Assembly (NCBI GenBank): GCA_965230295.1
Contig: OZ246001.1
Span: 3,264,001 to 3,328,000, forward strand
Origin: Marinicella sp.
GTDB taxonomy: Bacteria > Pseudomonadota > Gammaproteobacteria > Xanthomonadales > Marinicellaceae
Direction: 5' to 3'
DNA length: 64,000 nt
Program-made: the position numbers and the translations under genes
Shown: positions 50,166 to 60,056 of the stretch, piece after piece
Numbering within the stretch: position 1 is the stretch's first letter
How the letters are laid out: every line of letters begins with the position of its first letter
Notes under the pieces: generated by a model
The model's input: only the letters and a program-made list of their open reading frames with translations
What the model was told of the DNA's origin: nothing
Database searches by the model: none

Positions 50166-52340
50166 ATGGAAATCAAAACCCGCTTTCTTGACAACCTCCG
50201 CGTTGAGGCCATCTTTGATGACTACTCTGTGGTCACCGATCAACCGATACGTTACAAGGGTGATGGATCAGCTCCAAGTCCATTTGACTACTTTCTGGCA
50301 TCATCGGCTTTGTGCGCCGCTTATTTTGTCAAGGTATATTGCAAGGCCCGTGGCATCCCCACGGAAAACATCCGATTGTCACAGAACAACATCGTTGACC
50401 CGGAAAATCGCTATAACCAAATATTTAAAATCCAGGCCGAATTACCGGAAGGCCTGTCTGAGAAGGACCAGCAAGGCATCTTGCGTTCTATTGATCGTTG
50501 TACGGTTAAAAAAGTCATCCAAACCGGGCCTGAATTTCAGGTTGAGGTGGTGGAAAACCTGGAGGAGGACGCGCAGGCGATGCTGATGGATGTGGCTGAT
50601 GATGACAACAGTACATTCATTTTAGGTAAAGACTTGCCCTTGGAACAAACCATTAAAAACATGACCGGTATCTTAGAACAATTGGGCATGAAAATTGAAA
50701 TTGCTTCATGGCGTAATATAGTGCCCAATGTGTGGTCATTGAACATCCGTGATGCCGCATCTCCTTTGTGTTTTACCAACGGAAAGGGCAGCACCAAAGA
50801 AAGTGCTTTGTGTTCGGCATTGGGAGAGTTCATCGAAAGATTGAATTGCAACTTTTTCTATAACGATCAATATTTTGGTGAAGAGATTGCCAACAGTGAA
50901 TTTGTCCATTACCCCAATGAGAAGTGGTTTAAGCCTGGACCCAATGATGAATTGCCCTCAGGAATTTTGGATGACCATTGTTTAAGTATTTACGACCCTG
51001 ATGGTGAACTCAGGGGGTCTCACCTGATAGACACCAATTCAGGCAACCGAGATCGGGGGATATGTTCCATTCCTTATGTTCGGCAATCGGATGGTGAGAC
51101 GGTTTATTTTCCATCAAATTTGATTGAAAATTTATTCCTCAGTAATGGCATGAGTGCCGGTAACAATTGGTTTGAAGCACAGGTACAGTGTTTGTCTGAG
51201 ATTTTCGAGCGGGCTGTCAAAAAGCAAATCATTGAACAGGAAATCGTGTTGCCTGATGTGCCGAAGTCAGTGCTGGATAAATACCCCAGTATTTTGGCCG
51301 GAATTGAAGCACTGGAAACACAAGGATTTCCCGTTGTGGTCAAAGATGCGTCATTGGGCGGCCAGTTTCCCGTGATGAGTGTGACCTTAATGAATCCAAG
51401 AACCGGTGGTGTGTTTGCATCATTCGGTGCTCACCCAAGCTTTGAGGTGGCGCTGGAGCGCAGTTTGACTGAATTGTTGCAAGGTCGCAGCTTTGAAGGA
51501 TTGAATGATGTACCCAAGCCCACCTTCAACACTCTGGCAGTGACTGAGCCCGAAAATTTTGTTGATCACTTTATTGATTCTACGGGCGTGATTTCATGGC
51601 GGTTCTTCAGCAATCAGGCAGAATATGCGTTTGTTGAATGGGATTTCACCGGTAGCAATGAAGAAGAAGCCGATGGTTTGTTCGAAATCTTGAAAGACTT
51701 GAATAAGGAAGTGTATGTGGCTGAATTCAATGTGTTGGGGACCTCAGCTTGCCGCATTTTGGTGCCTGATTATTCTGAAGTTTACCTGGTAGAAGATTTG
51801 ATTTGGGACAACACCAACAAGGCCTTGGATTATCGTGAGGACATCTTAACCATACATGCGCTCAATGACGATGCCCTGAGTGGTCTACTTGAACGCCTCG
51901 AGGAGAGTCAACTGGATAACTACATGGACATCAAAACCCTGATCGGCATTGAGTTTGATGAAAATACGGTGTGGGGACAGCTGACCATATTGGAGTTGAA
52001 AATCATGTTGTACATGGCGCTGGGTGAGCTTGAGGAAGCCATCGACCTGGTGGCTGAGTTTTTACAATACAATGACAACACCGTTGAGCGGAACTTGTAT
52101 TACCAAGCGGTTCATGCCGTGTTAGAAGTTGCTTTGGATGAAGTTATGCAAATATCTGATTTCAGGTACAATTTTGATCGAATGTTTGGATCTGATGTGA
52201 TGGAACGGGTGATCGGTGCCGTTGATGGGACGGTGCGGTTTGATGGCTTGACCCCTACCAACATGAAGTTGGATGGATTGGACAAACATTTGCGTTTGAT
52301 TGAGAGCTATCAGAAATTGCATCAAGCTCGCCAGTTATAG
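50166..52340 (+). CDS. OsmC-domain/YcaO-domain fusion protein
   Basis: N-terminal TDQP...GDGSAPSPFDYFLASSALC...C (OsmC-like); YcaO motifs NGKG...SALGEFIER, SNGMSAGN, LSEIFER and ALERSLTELLQGR. Confidence 0.93.
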   Translation: MEIKTRFLDNLRVEAIFDDYSVVTDQPIRYKGDGSAPSPFDYFLASSALCAAYFVKVYCKARGIPTENIRLSQNNIVDPENRYNQIFKIQAELPEGLSEKDQQGILRSIDRCTVKKVIQTGPEFQVEVVENLEEDAQAMLMDVADDDNSTFILGKDLPLEQTIKNMTGILEQLGMKIEIASWRNIVPNVWSLNIRDAASPLCFTNGKGSTKESALCSALGEFIERLNCNFFYNDQYFGEEIANSEFVHYPNEKWFKPGPNDELPSGILDDHCLSIYDPDGELRGSHLIDTNSGNRDRGICSIPYVRQSDGETVYFPSNLIENLFLSNGMSAGNNWFEAQVQCLSEIFERAVKKQIIEQEIVLPDVPKSVLDKYPSILAGIEALETQGFPVVVKDASLGGQFPVMSVTLMNPRTGGVFASFGAHPSFEVALERSLTELLQGRSFEGLNDVPKPTFNTLAVTEPENFVDHFIDSTGVISWRFFSNQAEYAFVEWDFTGSNEEEADGLFEILKDLNKEVYVAEFNVLGTSACRILVPDYSEVYLVEDLIWDNTNKALDYREDILTIHALNDDALSGLLERLEESQLDNYMDIKTLIGIEFDENTVWGQLTILELKIMLYMALGELEEAIDLVAEFLQYNDNTVERNLYYQAVHAVLEVALDEVMQISDFRYNFDRMFGSDVMERVIGAVDGTVRFDGLTPTNMKLDGLDKHLRLIESYQKLHQARQL

Positions 52341-52373
52341 GATGTTCACCTGATGGAACGTTTGAATTGAGTC

Positions 52374-53831
52374 ATGTCTATGTCAATATTAAAAAATCTA
52401 AAAGCCTTGGAAAAACAGTGGGCGGTGTTGGAACCTTCTGAGCATACCAGAGATCAGCTGAATAAACAGGTGACAAAGTTCACAGACGCATTTCTGAATC
52501 AGCTTGAACACTTGCCTGCTTACTGCAGTGATGACCAAGTCGGACCCGGGTTGTCAATCGGTGATGAGCCGCCTCAGGACATCACAGGTATTCTTGATTC
52601 ATACCGCAAGGAAGTCATCGATCGAGGCATTGTGGCTTCTTCAGGTGGGCATTTGGGTTATATCCCGGGTGGCGGCATTTATGCCTCTTCCCTGGCAGAC
52701 TATCTGGCTGCTGTGAGCAATGAGTATGCGGGTGTATTCTATGGATCACCAGGGGCTGTTACCATAGAAAATGAATCGATTGAGTGGTTAAAAAATGTAT
52801 TCGATTTTCCAGCCGAGGCGGTTGGTAATTTAACTTCTGGCGGGTCGATAGCCAATTTAATTGCCTTAACAGCAGCCAGAGATCATTTTGGGATCAAGAA
52901 TGAAGTGATCTCTGAATCTGTCATTTATTTGAGCCCTCAAGTTCATCATTGCCTACATAAAGCAGTCAGAATCATTGGGCTTGAAGACATTCAATACCGC
53001 ATAATTGAACTGGATGATGATTCCAAAATGGTGGTGTCAGATTTAGAACAACAAATTCAGAATGATAAAGAACAAGGCCTCAACCCATTTTTGGTTGTTG
53101 CCTCTGCCGGAACCACCGATACGGGTGCCATTGATCCACTGGACGCCATGGCCACAGTGGCTGAAGCTCATGGCTTGTGGTTTCATGTGGATGCTGCCTA
53201 TGGTGGTTTTTTTATCTTGGTTGATAGCAAAAAAGCCGACTTTAAAGGCATAGAAAGGGCAGATTCTTTGGTGGTTGATCCACACAAGGGGCTGTTTTTA
53301 CCTTATGGTCTTGGTGCTGTTTTGGTGAAAAACAGGGCTTCTGTATTGCATTCACACCATTATCTGGCAAACTACATGCAAGATGCCCACCAGAACGGCA
53401 TGACTGACTCACCAGCAGATTTATCTCCTGAATTAACCAAGCATTTTCGCGGGCTGCGCCTGTGGTTACCACTCAAGTTATATGGAACCCAACCATTTGT
53501 GGCCTGTTTAGAACACAAATTGCTGTTGACTCAATATTTCAGGGATCAACTCAAGGCCGTTGGTTTTCAACTGGGACCTCAGCCAGATTTATCAGTGAGT
53601 TATTTTTGGTTCCCAACTGAAAAGAAAACGCAAAATCAATTCAATCAAAAACTTTTGGAGTACATTCTAGCAGATGGTTCGGTGTTTCTCAGCTCTACAT
53701 TGATCAATGACCAATTTGTGATTCGTATGGCCATATTGTCATTCAGAACTGACATCAAAACCATCGACAAAGCCATGGTCATGATCAACCAAACACTTGA
53801 ATTAACCCGAAAAGATTTTGGGCCCAATTAA
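52374..53831 (+). CDS. PLP-dependent group II amino-acid decarboxylase
   Basis: TSGGSIAN, AGTTDTGAIDPL, HVDAAYGG and PLP lysine motif DPHK. Confidence 0.93.
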   Translation: MSMSILKNLKALEKQWAVLEPSEHTRDQLNKQVTKFTDAFLNQLEHLPAYCSDDQVGPGLSIGDEPPQDITGILDSYRKEVIDRGIVASSGGHLGYIPGGGIYASSLADYLAAVSNEYAGVFYGSPGAVTIENESIEWLKNVFDFPAEAVGNLTSGGSIANLIALTAARDHFGIKNEVISESVIYLSPQVHHCLHKAVRIIGLEDIQYRIIELDDDSKMVVSDLEQQIQNDKEQGLNPFLVVASAGTTDTGAIDPLDAMATVAEAHGLWFHVDAAYGGFFILVDSKKADFKGIERADSLVVDPHKGLFLPYGLGAVLVKNRASVLHSHHYLANYMQDAHQNGMTDSPADLSPELTKHFRGLRLWLPLKLYGTQPFVACLEHKLLLTQYFRDQLKAVGFQLGPQPDLSVSYFWFPTEKKTQNQFNQKLLEYILADGSVFLSSTLINDQFVIRMAILSFRTDIKTIDKAMVMINQTLELTRKDFGPN

Positions 53832-53924
53832 TGTGAGTTTAATGATGGATCCTGGTGTTCAATACCAGGAAGCAAGTGCTGCTATAATGTTGTGTTTCTG
53901 TATCTTGAGAGTCACTCCAAATCC

Positions 53925-54359
53925 ATGCCCAGCCCCAGAAAATTGTTTCACACCATCAGTTATTTACAATACCCCCTGATGTTGGCTGCGTTGGCATTTT
54001 ATGTGCCGTTTGTCATCACGCTGTTCAACAAAGCCCCTGATTGGTCACTACTTAATTATGTACTGATATTATTCGGTGTTTCATTAAGTTTTTCGACCCT
54101 ACAGGACACCACCACGACACAAAATAAATTTTCCAAGAAAATTTGGCAAAACCCCACCAAAGGCAAAGTTGTCTTGACCCTCATTGCACTGATGGCATTT
54201 GTGTTCATTGTGGTCGGGTTATTGGCCTTGCTGATGTTCAAGGCCGATCAAACAGAAAGTGTGGCGGTTGGGGTCACAGTTTTGGGCATTGGCATGCTTG
54301 GCTTGCTCAAAGCAGCGATTGAGATGTTTGAAAATCACCGTTTGGATAAAAATGGTTAA
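53925..54359 (+). CDS. Hypothetical membrane protein (about 4 TM)
   Basis: Four hydrophobic segments; start uncertain (53892 or 53925). Confidence 0.75.
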   Translation: MPSPRKLFHTISYLQYPLMLAALAFYVPFVITLFNKAPDWSLLNYVLILFGVSLSFSTLQDTTTTQNKFSKKIWQNPTKGKVVLTLIALMAFVFIVVGLLALLMFKADQTESVAVGVTVLGIGMLGLLKAAIEMFENHRLDKNG

Positions 54360-54548
54360 CGCTCAGGCCTTGACATCGAAAATATGACACAACGCCCAAA
54401 TAAGCAATTTAATGAGCACAGCCGTTGTCAAAAACACCATCAACACCACCATTCAAGAAACCTGAGATGAACCATCACAGATCATAAAGAATACATGTTT
54501 CAAATCAATGTGATTGGTATTAAGTTATGGTTACACCTGACAATGAGG

Positions 54549-55310
54549 TTAAAAAACAAACCGGGTGTGTGGTGTTTTATGGTTTATGGAATCTAAAATA
54601 AAATTCCTGTTGCCACCATTAACAATCCACATATTGGTTTGACTTCTGGAACAAATCTCTGCTGCTTGTATTTTTGAGGTCATACCACCGGTACCTAAGT
54701 CGTTGTCGTGGTTTTCATCGATGTATTGTCGGCAGGATTCAATGTCATTGATTTCTGGTATCAATTGAGCATTTGGGTCTTTTTGTGGGTTTTTATCAAA
54801 CAAACCATCGATGTCGGAAGCCAACATGAGTAAATCTGCGGCCATGAGGTTGGCTACATACGCCGACAGTTTGTCGTTATCGCCGAAGACGATTTCATCA
54901 ACCGCTATGGTGTCATTTTCATTGATGATGGGAATGAAGTTGTTATTGAACAAGTCATTTAAAGTGTTTTTGATGTTGGATTGGGCTTCAGGGTTATCAA
55001 AGTCACGGTAAGTTAACAGGCATTGTGCGGTGGCGATACCAAAATCCCTGAAAATTTCATTGTATATTTGCATCAAAATGGGCTGTCCAATGGCTGATAA
55101 GGCTTGGCGTGACGCAGACATGTACCAGTTGTTGACTGTGGCGAAATGTTTGGCTGTGGCAATGGCGCCAGATGAGACAATGGCTATGTTGTGAGTGGGC
55201 TGAAGTTGTACCAATTGTCTGGCTATGTCTTCTATCTTGCCTCGGGAAATGCGATCAGAACCTGCCGTGAGTGTTGAGGAGCCGATTTTCAATACCAGGG
55301 TTTTTTTCAT
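54549..55310 (-). CDS. proB: Glutamate 5-kinase (short form, no PUA domain)
   Basis: VLKIGSS, VSSGAI, PIINENDT, FGDNDKLSA and GTGGMTSK. Confidence 0.95.
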   Translation of the reverse strand: MKKTLVLKIGSSTLTAGSDRISRGKIEDIARQLVQLQPTHNIAIVSSGAIATAKHFATVNNWYMSASRQALSAIGQPILMQIYNEIFRDFGIATAQCLLTYRDFDNPEAQSNIKNTLNDLFNNNFIPIINENDTIAVDEIVFGDNDKLSAYVANLMAADLLMLASDIDGLFDKNPQKDPNAQLIPEINDIESCRQYIDENHDNDLGTGGMTSKIQAAEICSRSQTNMWIVNGGNRNFILDSINHKTPHTRFVF

Positions 55311-55317
55311 GTTAACC

Positions 55318-56499
55318 TCAACCCCTGATGTTGCCGTTACCAGTGATGAACCATTTGTTGGTCACCAGTTCATTCAAGCCAACAGGGCCTCTGAAGTGAA
55401 GTTTTTGGGTACTGATGGCGATTTCCGCCCCTAAACCAAATTCACCACCATCGGTAAAACGGGTTGATGCATTGTGGTAAACGGCAGCACAATCTATTTC
55501 ATGTTGGAATTGTTGAGCTGTTTGTGGGTTGTTGGTGATGATACAGGCTGAGTGACCACCTGAATACCGGTTGATGGTTCGAATGGCCGCAGGCAATTCA
55601 TCGGTGAACGCCAATAAAATTTTCGGTGCTAAAAACTCTTCATAGAAAACAGCTTCACTGTTGATCGGTTGAACGGCTGGATTCAATGATTGAATGGATG
55701 CATATGCCAGTACTTCGATGCTGTTATTCAGCAATGCCTGGACCAAATCAGCCACCTGTTGACGATCCAAATTTTGGTGGATCAAGACTTTATCCAGCGC
55801 ATTGCAAACACTGATGCGTTGCTTGCCATCCAATATGACTGATAGGGCCATATCAAAATCGGCGTCTTGGTCAATATAGAGGAAATTATTGCCCCGACCA
55901 GAAATAATCAAGGGTATGTCGGTGTTTTCTCTGATTGACTGAATCAGTTGTTCACCGCCACGTGGAATGATCACATCAATGTCATGGGTGTTGTCGCTGA
56001 TCAGTGCTTGGGTTTGGTGCCTGTCATAATCTAAATAACTAACCCGGGCGGTGTCTTGGTTGTTTTTAGCCAGTGCTTGTTGCCACAGGTCTACCAGCGC
56101 CCTATTACTCTTTCTTGCCTCTTTTCCACCTTTGAGTAAGATTTTATTGCCTGCTTTGAAGGCAGTGATGGCTGCTTCAATGGTGACATCCGGTCGAGAT
56201 TCATAAATGATCAGAATGGTTCCAAATGGTACGACACGATTTTCAATCAGGAGATCACTGGCTTTTTGATGGCGGTATAGGACCATGCCTTCCGGATCGT
56301 CCATTTGCCTCACTTTTAATACCGATGCTTGCATGCCTTTGACTTTTTCGTCATCCACTTTGAGGCGATCGTAAAGTGCCTCATCTTCTTTTGGGCAGGC
56401 AGCAAGGTCTTGATGATTGGCATGCAAAATGTGATCTTTGTGTTGCTCAATCAAGCTGGCTAAATCTAGCAGTACTTGGTTTTTAATTGCGGTCTCCAT
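55318..56499 (-). CDS. proA: Gamma-glutamyl phosphate reductase
   Basis: IIYESRP, IPRGG, catalytic VCNA and NASTRFTDGGEFGLGAEIAISTQKLH.RGP. Confidence 0.95.
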   Translation of the reverse strand: METAIKNQVLLDLASLIEQHKDHILHANHQDLAACPKEDEALYDRLKVDDEKVKGMQASVLKVRQMDDPEGMVLYRHQKASDLLIENRVVPFGTILIIYESRPDVTIEAAITAFKAGNKILLKGGKEARKSNRALVDLWQQALAKNNQDTARVSYLDYDRHQTQALISDNTHDIDVIIPRGGEQLIQSIRENTDIPLIISGRGNNFLYIDQDADFDMALSVILDGKQRISVCNALDKVLIHQNLDRQQVADLVQALLNNSIEVLAYASIQSLNPAVQPINSEAVFYEEFLAPKILLAFTDELPAAIRTINRYSGGHSACIITNNPQTAQQFQHEIDCAAVYHNASTRFTDGGEFGLGAEIAISTQKLHFRGPVGLNELVTNKWFITGNGNIRG

Positions 56500-56751
56500 G
56501 GTGCTGATTTTAGCAGTGAATCAGGTTTGTACATAAGTTTGCTTATAACTTTTTTGCATCCAATTCAATTGTTGTCAGATACTGAATGCAAAAGACGTTT
56601 TTTATGGGGTGTACAAGTTCACAAATTTCTTCAGGTATTTTCTGGTAAGATATTAATAAATAACAAAAAGTGGAGGAATTAAAAACAATGATCCCGGTTG
56701 GTTTTTCCATTACTGACCATTGCAAAAACGCACTGCCAGCGAGGTGTGTAG

Positions 56752-58386
56752 ATGGACTATAGCTGGATCACTTTAGCCCTCAATGACTTTTTATGGATTG
56801 GGCTGACCTTTGTGCTGGGGTTTTTGGCCCAGAAAATGGGCTTACCTCCATTGGTTGGTTTCTTAACAGCTGGGTTTATCTTAAGCACGCAGGACATCGT
56901 TTCACAAACGCTGTTAAAAACCATGTCAGATCTGGGTATCACTTTGTTGCTATTCACCATAGGGTTGAAAATTAAAATCAACAACCTGGTTCGGCCTCAA
57001 GTTTGGGGCGTGACGTTGATTCATTCCTCTTTGATGGTTTTGGGTTTTACTGCCATCATCAGTTTGTTGACGTATTTAGGAGCGGCCTTATTCATTGATC
57101 TCAGTTTCAAGAATGCGCTGCTTTTGGCTTTCGCTTTGAGTTTTTCCAGTACCGTTTTTGTGGTGAAGGTCATGGAAGAGCGGGGTGAATACGATGCCTT
57201 ACATGGTCGCATTGCCATCGGTATATTGATCATCCAAGACATCATGGCTGTGGTGTTTTTGGCTTTTTCCGCCAACAAAGTACCAACGATCTGGGCCATT
57301 TCATTGTTGCTACTCATACCATTCAGGTTTCTGTTGCGACGCTTGTTAAACTCAGTGGGCCATGGTGAATTGCTGGTCTTGTTCGGTTTTCTCTTGGCCA
57401 TTGGTGGGGCCGAAGTATTTGAAATCTTGGGGGTGAAGGGTGATTTGGGGGCCTTGATATTGGGAGCTTTACTGGCCAATCACCCCAAATCCATCGAATT
57501 GGTTAAGAAAATGCTCAGCTTCAAAGACTTGTTTTTGTTGGGGTTCTTTCTGTCAATTGGACTGTATGGTCAACCCAATTGGAATGACGTGATGTTGGCC
57601 TTGTTGTTAACCCCACTGGTGATGATCAAGTCTTGGGTGTTCTTTGTGTTGTTCACCAAATTCCAATTACGTGCCAGAACGGCTTTGTTGTCTACCATCA
57701 ATTTAAGCAATTTCAGTGAGTTTGGTTTGATTGTGATTGCCATTGGTGTCAGCCAGTTATGGATTGCAGATACATGGTTAATCGTGATGGCATTGATGGT
57801 GTCTTTTTCGTTCATTGTTTCTGCCATTTTTAGCCGTTTAGCCAATGAAATTTATAACAGGAATCGAAAATGGTTCAAAAAATTTCAAAGCAAGGATCGC
57901 TTGCCTTTTGATCCTGTTTTGAACATTGGTAAAGCAGAAGTCGCTGTGATTGGTATGGGCACCATAGGTACCGGTGCCTACGATCAATTGAGTCAACTAC
58001 ATAAAAAGTTAGTGGTTGGCATAGATGTCAATGTATACAAAGTGCTGAATCATAAAAAAGCCCATCGACATGTGGTTTTGGGTGATCCCAGCGATGCAGA
58101 CTTTTGGGATCGAGTGAAAAAGATGCACCGATTGAAATTGGTGGTGCTGACATTACCCAATTTTGAGACCACCATTGAGGTGGTTAAAATGATGAAAGAA
58201 ATGGGTTACCACGACCGTTTGGTTTCCATTGCGAAATTTCAAGAGGACATTGAGGCACTGGAAGATGCTGGGGTTGATATGGCTGCCAATATTTTCACCG
58301 AAGCTGGGGCCGGTTTTGCCAGTCACATCATGGAAAACAATGATGATGCCAGAAAGGATGGTCTTTACATGCCGATTAAGGGTTAG
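56752..58386 (+). CDS. CPA2 cation:proton antiporter with C-terminal TrkA-N (KTN) domain
   Basis: LPPLVGFL, LSFSST, IGILIIQD, SEFGLI and GMGTIG. Confidence 0.93.
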   Translation: MDYSWITLALNDFLWIGLTFVLGFLAQKMGLPPLVGFLTAGFILSTQDIVSQTLLKTMSDLGITLLLFTIGLKIKINNLVRPQVWGVTLIHSSLMVLGFTAIISLLTYLGAALFIDLSFKNALLLAFALSFSSTVFVVKVMEERGEYDALHGRIAIGILIIQDIMAVVFLAFSANKVPTIWAISLLLLIPFRFLLRRLLNSVGHGELLVLFGFLLAIGGAEVFEILGVKGDLGALILGALLANHPKSIELVKKMLSFKDLFLLGFFLSIGLYGQPNWNDVMLALLLTPLVMIKSWVFFVLFTKFQLRARTALLSTINLSNFSEFGLIVIAIGVSQLWIADTWLIVMALMVSFSFIVSAIFSRLANEIYNRNRKWFKKFQSKDRLPFDPVLNIGKAEVAVIGMGTIGTGAYDQLSQLHKKLVVGIDVNVYKVLNHKKAHRHVVLGDPSDADFWDRVKKMHRLKLVVLTLPNFETTIEVVKMMKEMGYHDRLVSIAKFQEDIEALEDAGVDMAANIFTEAGAGFASHIMENNDDARKDGLYMPIKG

Positions 58387-58424
58387 ATATTGATTTAATA
58401 ATGTCGAAAAACAAAGGTTAATAA

Positions 58425-58754
58425 GTGAATCATAAAAAACCAATACATAAAAATTTTGGCTTGTTGATGTCCGGAATGGGTTTGGCTTTGGCGATAGGTG
58501 GTTGGTACATTTACTCAACAGTTGGAACTTTGTATTTTGTTGTGGTTGGTATATTAATTCTGGTCAGTGGCGTGCTAATTAACAGAGGTCTGAAATGGGG
58601 AGCCTATTTATTCATGGCCACATTTACCCTGATGGTGATATGGTCTATTCAGGAAGAAGGCTGGGTCATCGAAAAATTGTTCACGCGTCTGGGTATGGCT
58701 TTGATCATTTTGATTTATATTTTCGCCTCAAAAATTTTTAAAGGTTTGAAATAA
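58425..58754 (+). CDS. Small membrane protein resembling the membrane-anchor domain of PQQ glucose dehydrogenase (SldB-like)
   Basis: GG(W)...G.LY....G....SG.L.......GA.LF.......IWSI.E.G......F.RL pattern. Confidence 0.65.
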   Translation: MNHKKPIHKNFGLLMSGMGLALAIGGWYIYSTVGTLYFVVVGILILVSGVLINRGLKWGAYLFMATFTLMVIWSIQEEGWVIEKLFTRLGMALIILIYIFASKIFKGLK

Positions 58755-58771
58755 ACGGGTCATGATTGAAC

Positions 58772-59995
58772 TCACTTCAGGATTTCAAATGTTACCCCGG
58801 CATGATTGTGCAAACGGTCAATCAATGGATCACCCATCAAGGTGGCAGGTGTCCAGAATCCGCCAGGAACTTCGTCTGATACATCTTCTATCATACAGAC
58901 GGCTGTTTGGCTCATGACTTTTGCAGTGGAGCCGTAGCCTGGATCCATATCACCCAAGACTTTGGTGATGATTTGACCGCCATCCTCAGTGGTGCCGACG
59001 AACCTGAAATCATAAAAGCCATTAATTTGTTCTTCTTTACTGGGACCTTCGCCAGGTTTAGGTAAGACAAATTTTTTCAATATGCTGCGAATGGGTCCAA
59101 TGCCAATGCCCAAGAAAAATGCACCCAAACCCCAGTAAATACTTCTGGCTCGCATCTTGCCTCTGATTCCAGGTCCGGTCATCATGCCTTCGTTGTATTG
59201 GAAGTTTGAACCATAGGCGTTGTCGCTTAAGGCATTGGAACGATGCACTATGCGGGTGTTGATGGATGACATAAAAAAGGGTGCTGTCCATTTTTTGAAT
59301 GTGTCATCAAACTCCAGTTTAACTTCATGCTGTCTGGTTTTGAACCCATGATCTTGGGGACATAGGGAGTAGGGATTCACCAATGTTTTCTTAACTTGTG
59401 GATCGTCTTTGATCTGTTTGGCAATGTTCAAAGCCGTCGCTATGGTGCCACCTGATGCTGCACCACGCATGTTTTTGATGCGAAGTTTCACTTTTGAACA
59501 GTTGGAGCCCAGTCGTTTTTTGGCTTCTCTTTGTAGGTGGTAGACGCCTAAATCTGATGGTATTGAGTCAAATCCTGTGCAATGTACGATGCGGGCGCCT
59601 GATTGCTTGGCAACATGTTCGTATTTATCCAGCATTTTTTTGATCCAATGTGCCTCACCTGTGAGGTCACAGTAATCAGTTCCAGTCTCAACACAAGCCT
59701 GTACCAAAGGTTCCCCATATAAATCATAAGGGCCAACCGTCGACATCACCACTTGTGCTTGTTCACACATGTTTTTCATGGCTGTCAGATCGCTGGCATC
59801 AGCAATGATCAAAGGCATAGCCGAGGCAGATGACCCCAGGCTCTCTTGCAGTTTCTTGAGTTTTGGCTCGGAACGTCCTGCCAAGGCCAATTTCAAATCC
59901 TGGTCTGCAAAGTGCTGCAACATGTATTCACAAATCAGTTCACCCACAAAACTGGTGGCGCCAAATATTACGATGTCATACTTTTTTTTACTCAT
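58772..59995 (-). CDS. Saccharopine dehydrogenase-like oxidoreductase (trans-acting enoyl reductase family)
   Basis: IFGATSFVG, AGRS, TVGPY, YCDLTGE, GFDSIPSDLG and DPGYGSTA. Confidence 0.92.
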   Translation of the reverse strand: MSKKKYDIVIFGATSFVGELICEYMLQHFADQDLKLALAGRSEPKLKKLQESLGSSASAMPLIIADASDLTAMKNMCEQAQVVMSTVGPYDLYGEPLVQACVETGTDYCDLTGEAHWIKKMLDKYEHVAKQSGARIVHCTGFDSIPSDLGVYHLQREAKKRLGSNCSKVKLRIKNMRGAASGGTIATALNIAKQIKDDPQVKKTLVNPYSLCPQDHGFKTRQHEVKLEFDDTFKKWTAPFFMSSINTRIVHRSNALSDNAYGSNFQYNEGMMTGPGIRGKMRARSIYWGLGAFFLGIGIGPIRSILKKFVLPKPGEGPSKEEQINGFYDFRFVGTTEDGGQIITKVLGDMDPGYGSTAKVMSQTAVCMIEDVSDEVPGGFWTPATLMGDPLIDRLHNHAGVTFEILK

Positions 59996-60056
59996 TGTGG
60001 TTACAAAGGTTGAATCCAATTAAGGGTAACACATCAGGTGCAAAGAAAAAAACCAA

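Noticed and set aside
50166-52340. RiPP (azole/thioamide) biosynthetic cluster around YcaO
   Set aside because: No precursor peptide, E1/ocin-ThiF partner, TfuA, dehydrogenase or exporter is visible nearby.
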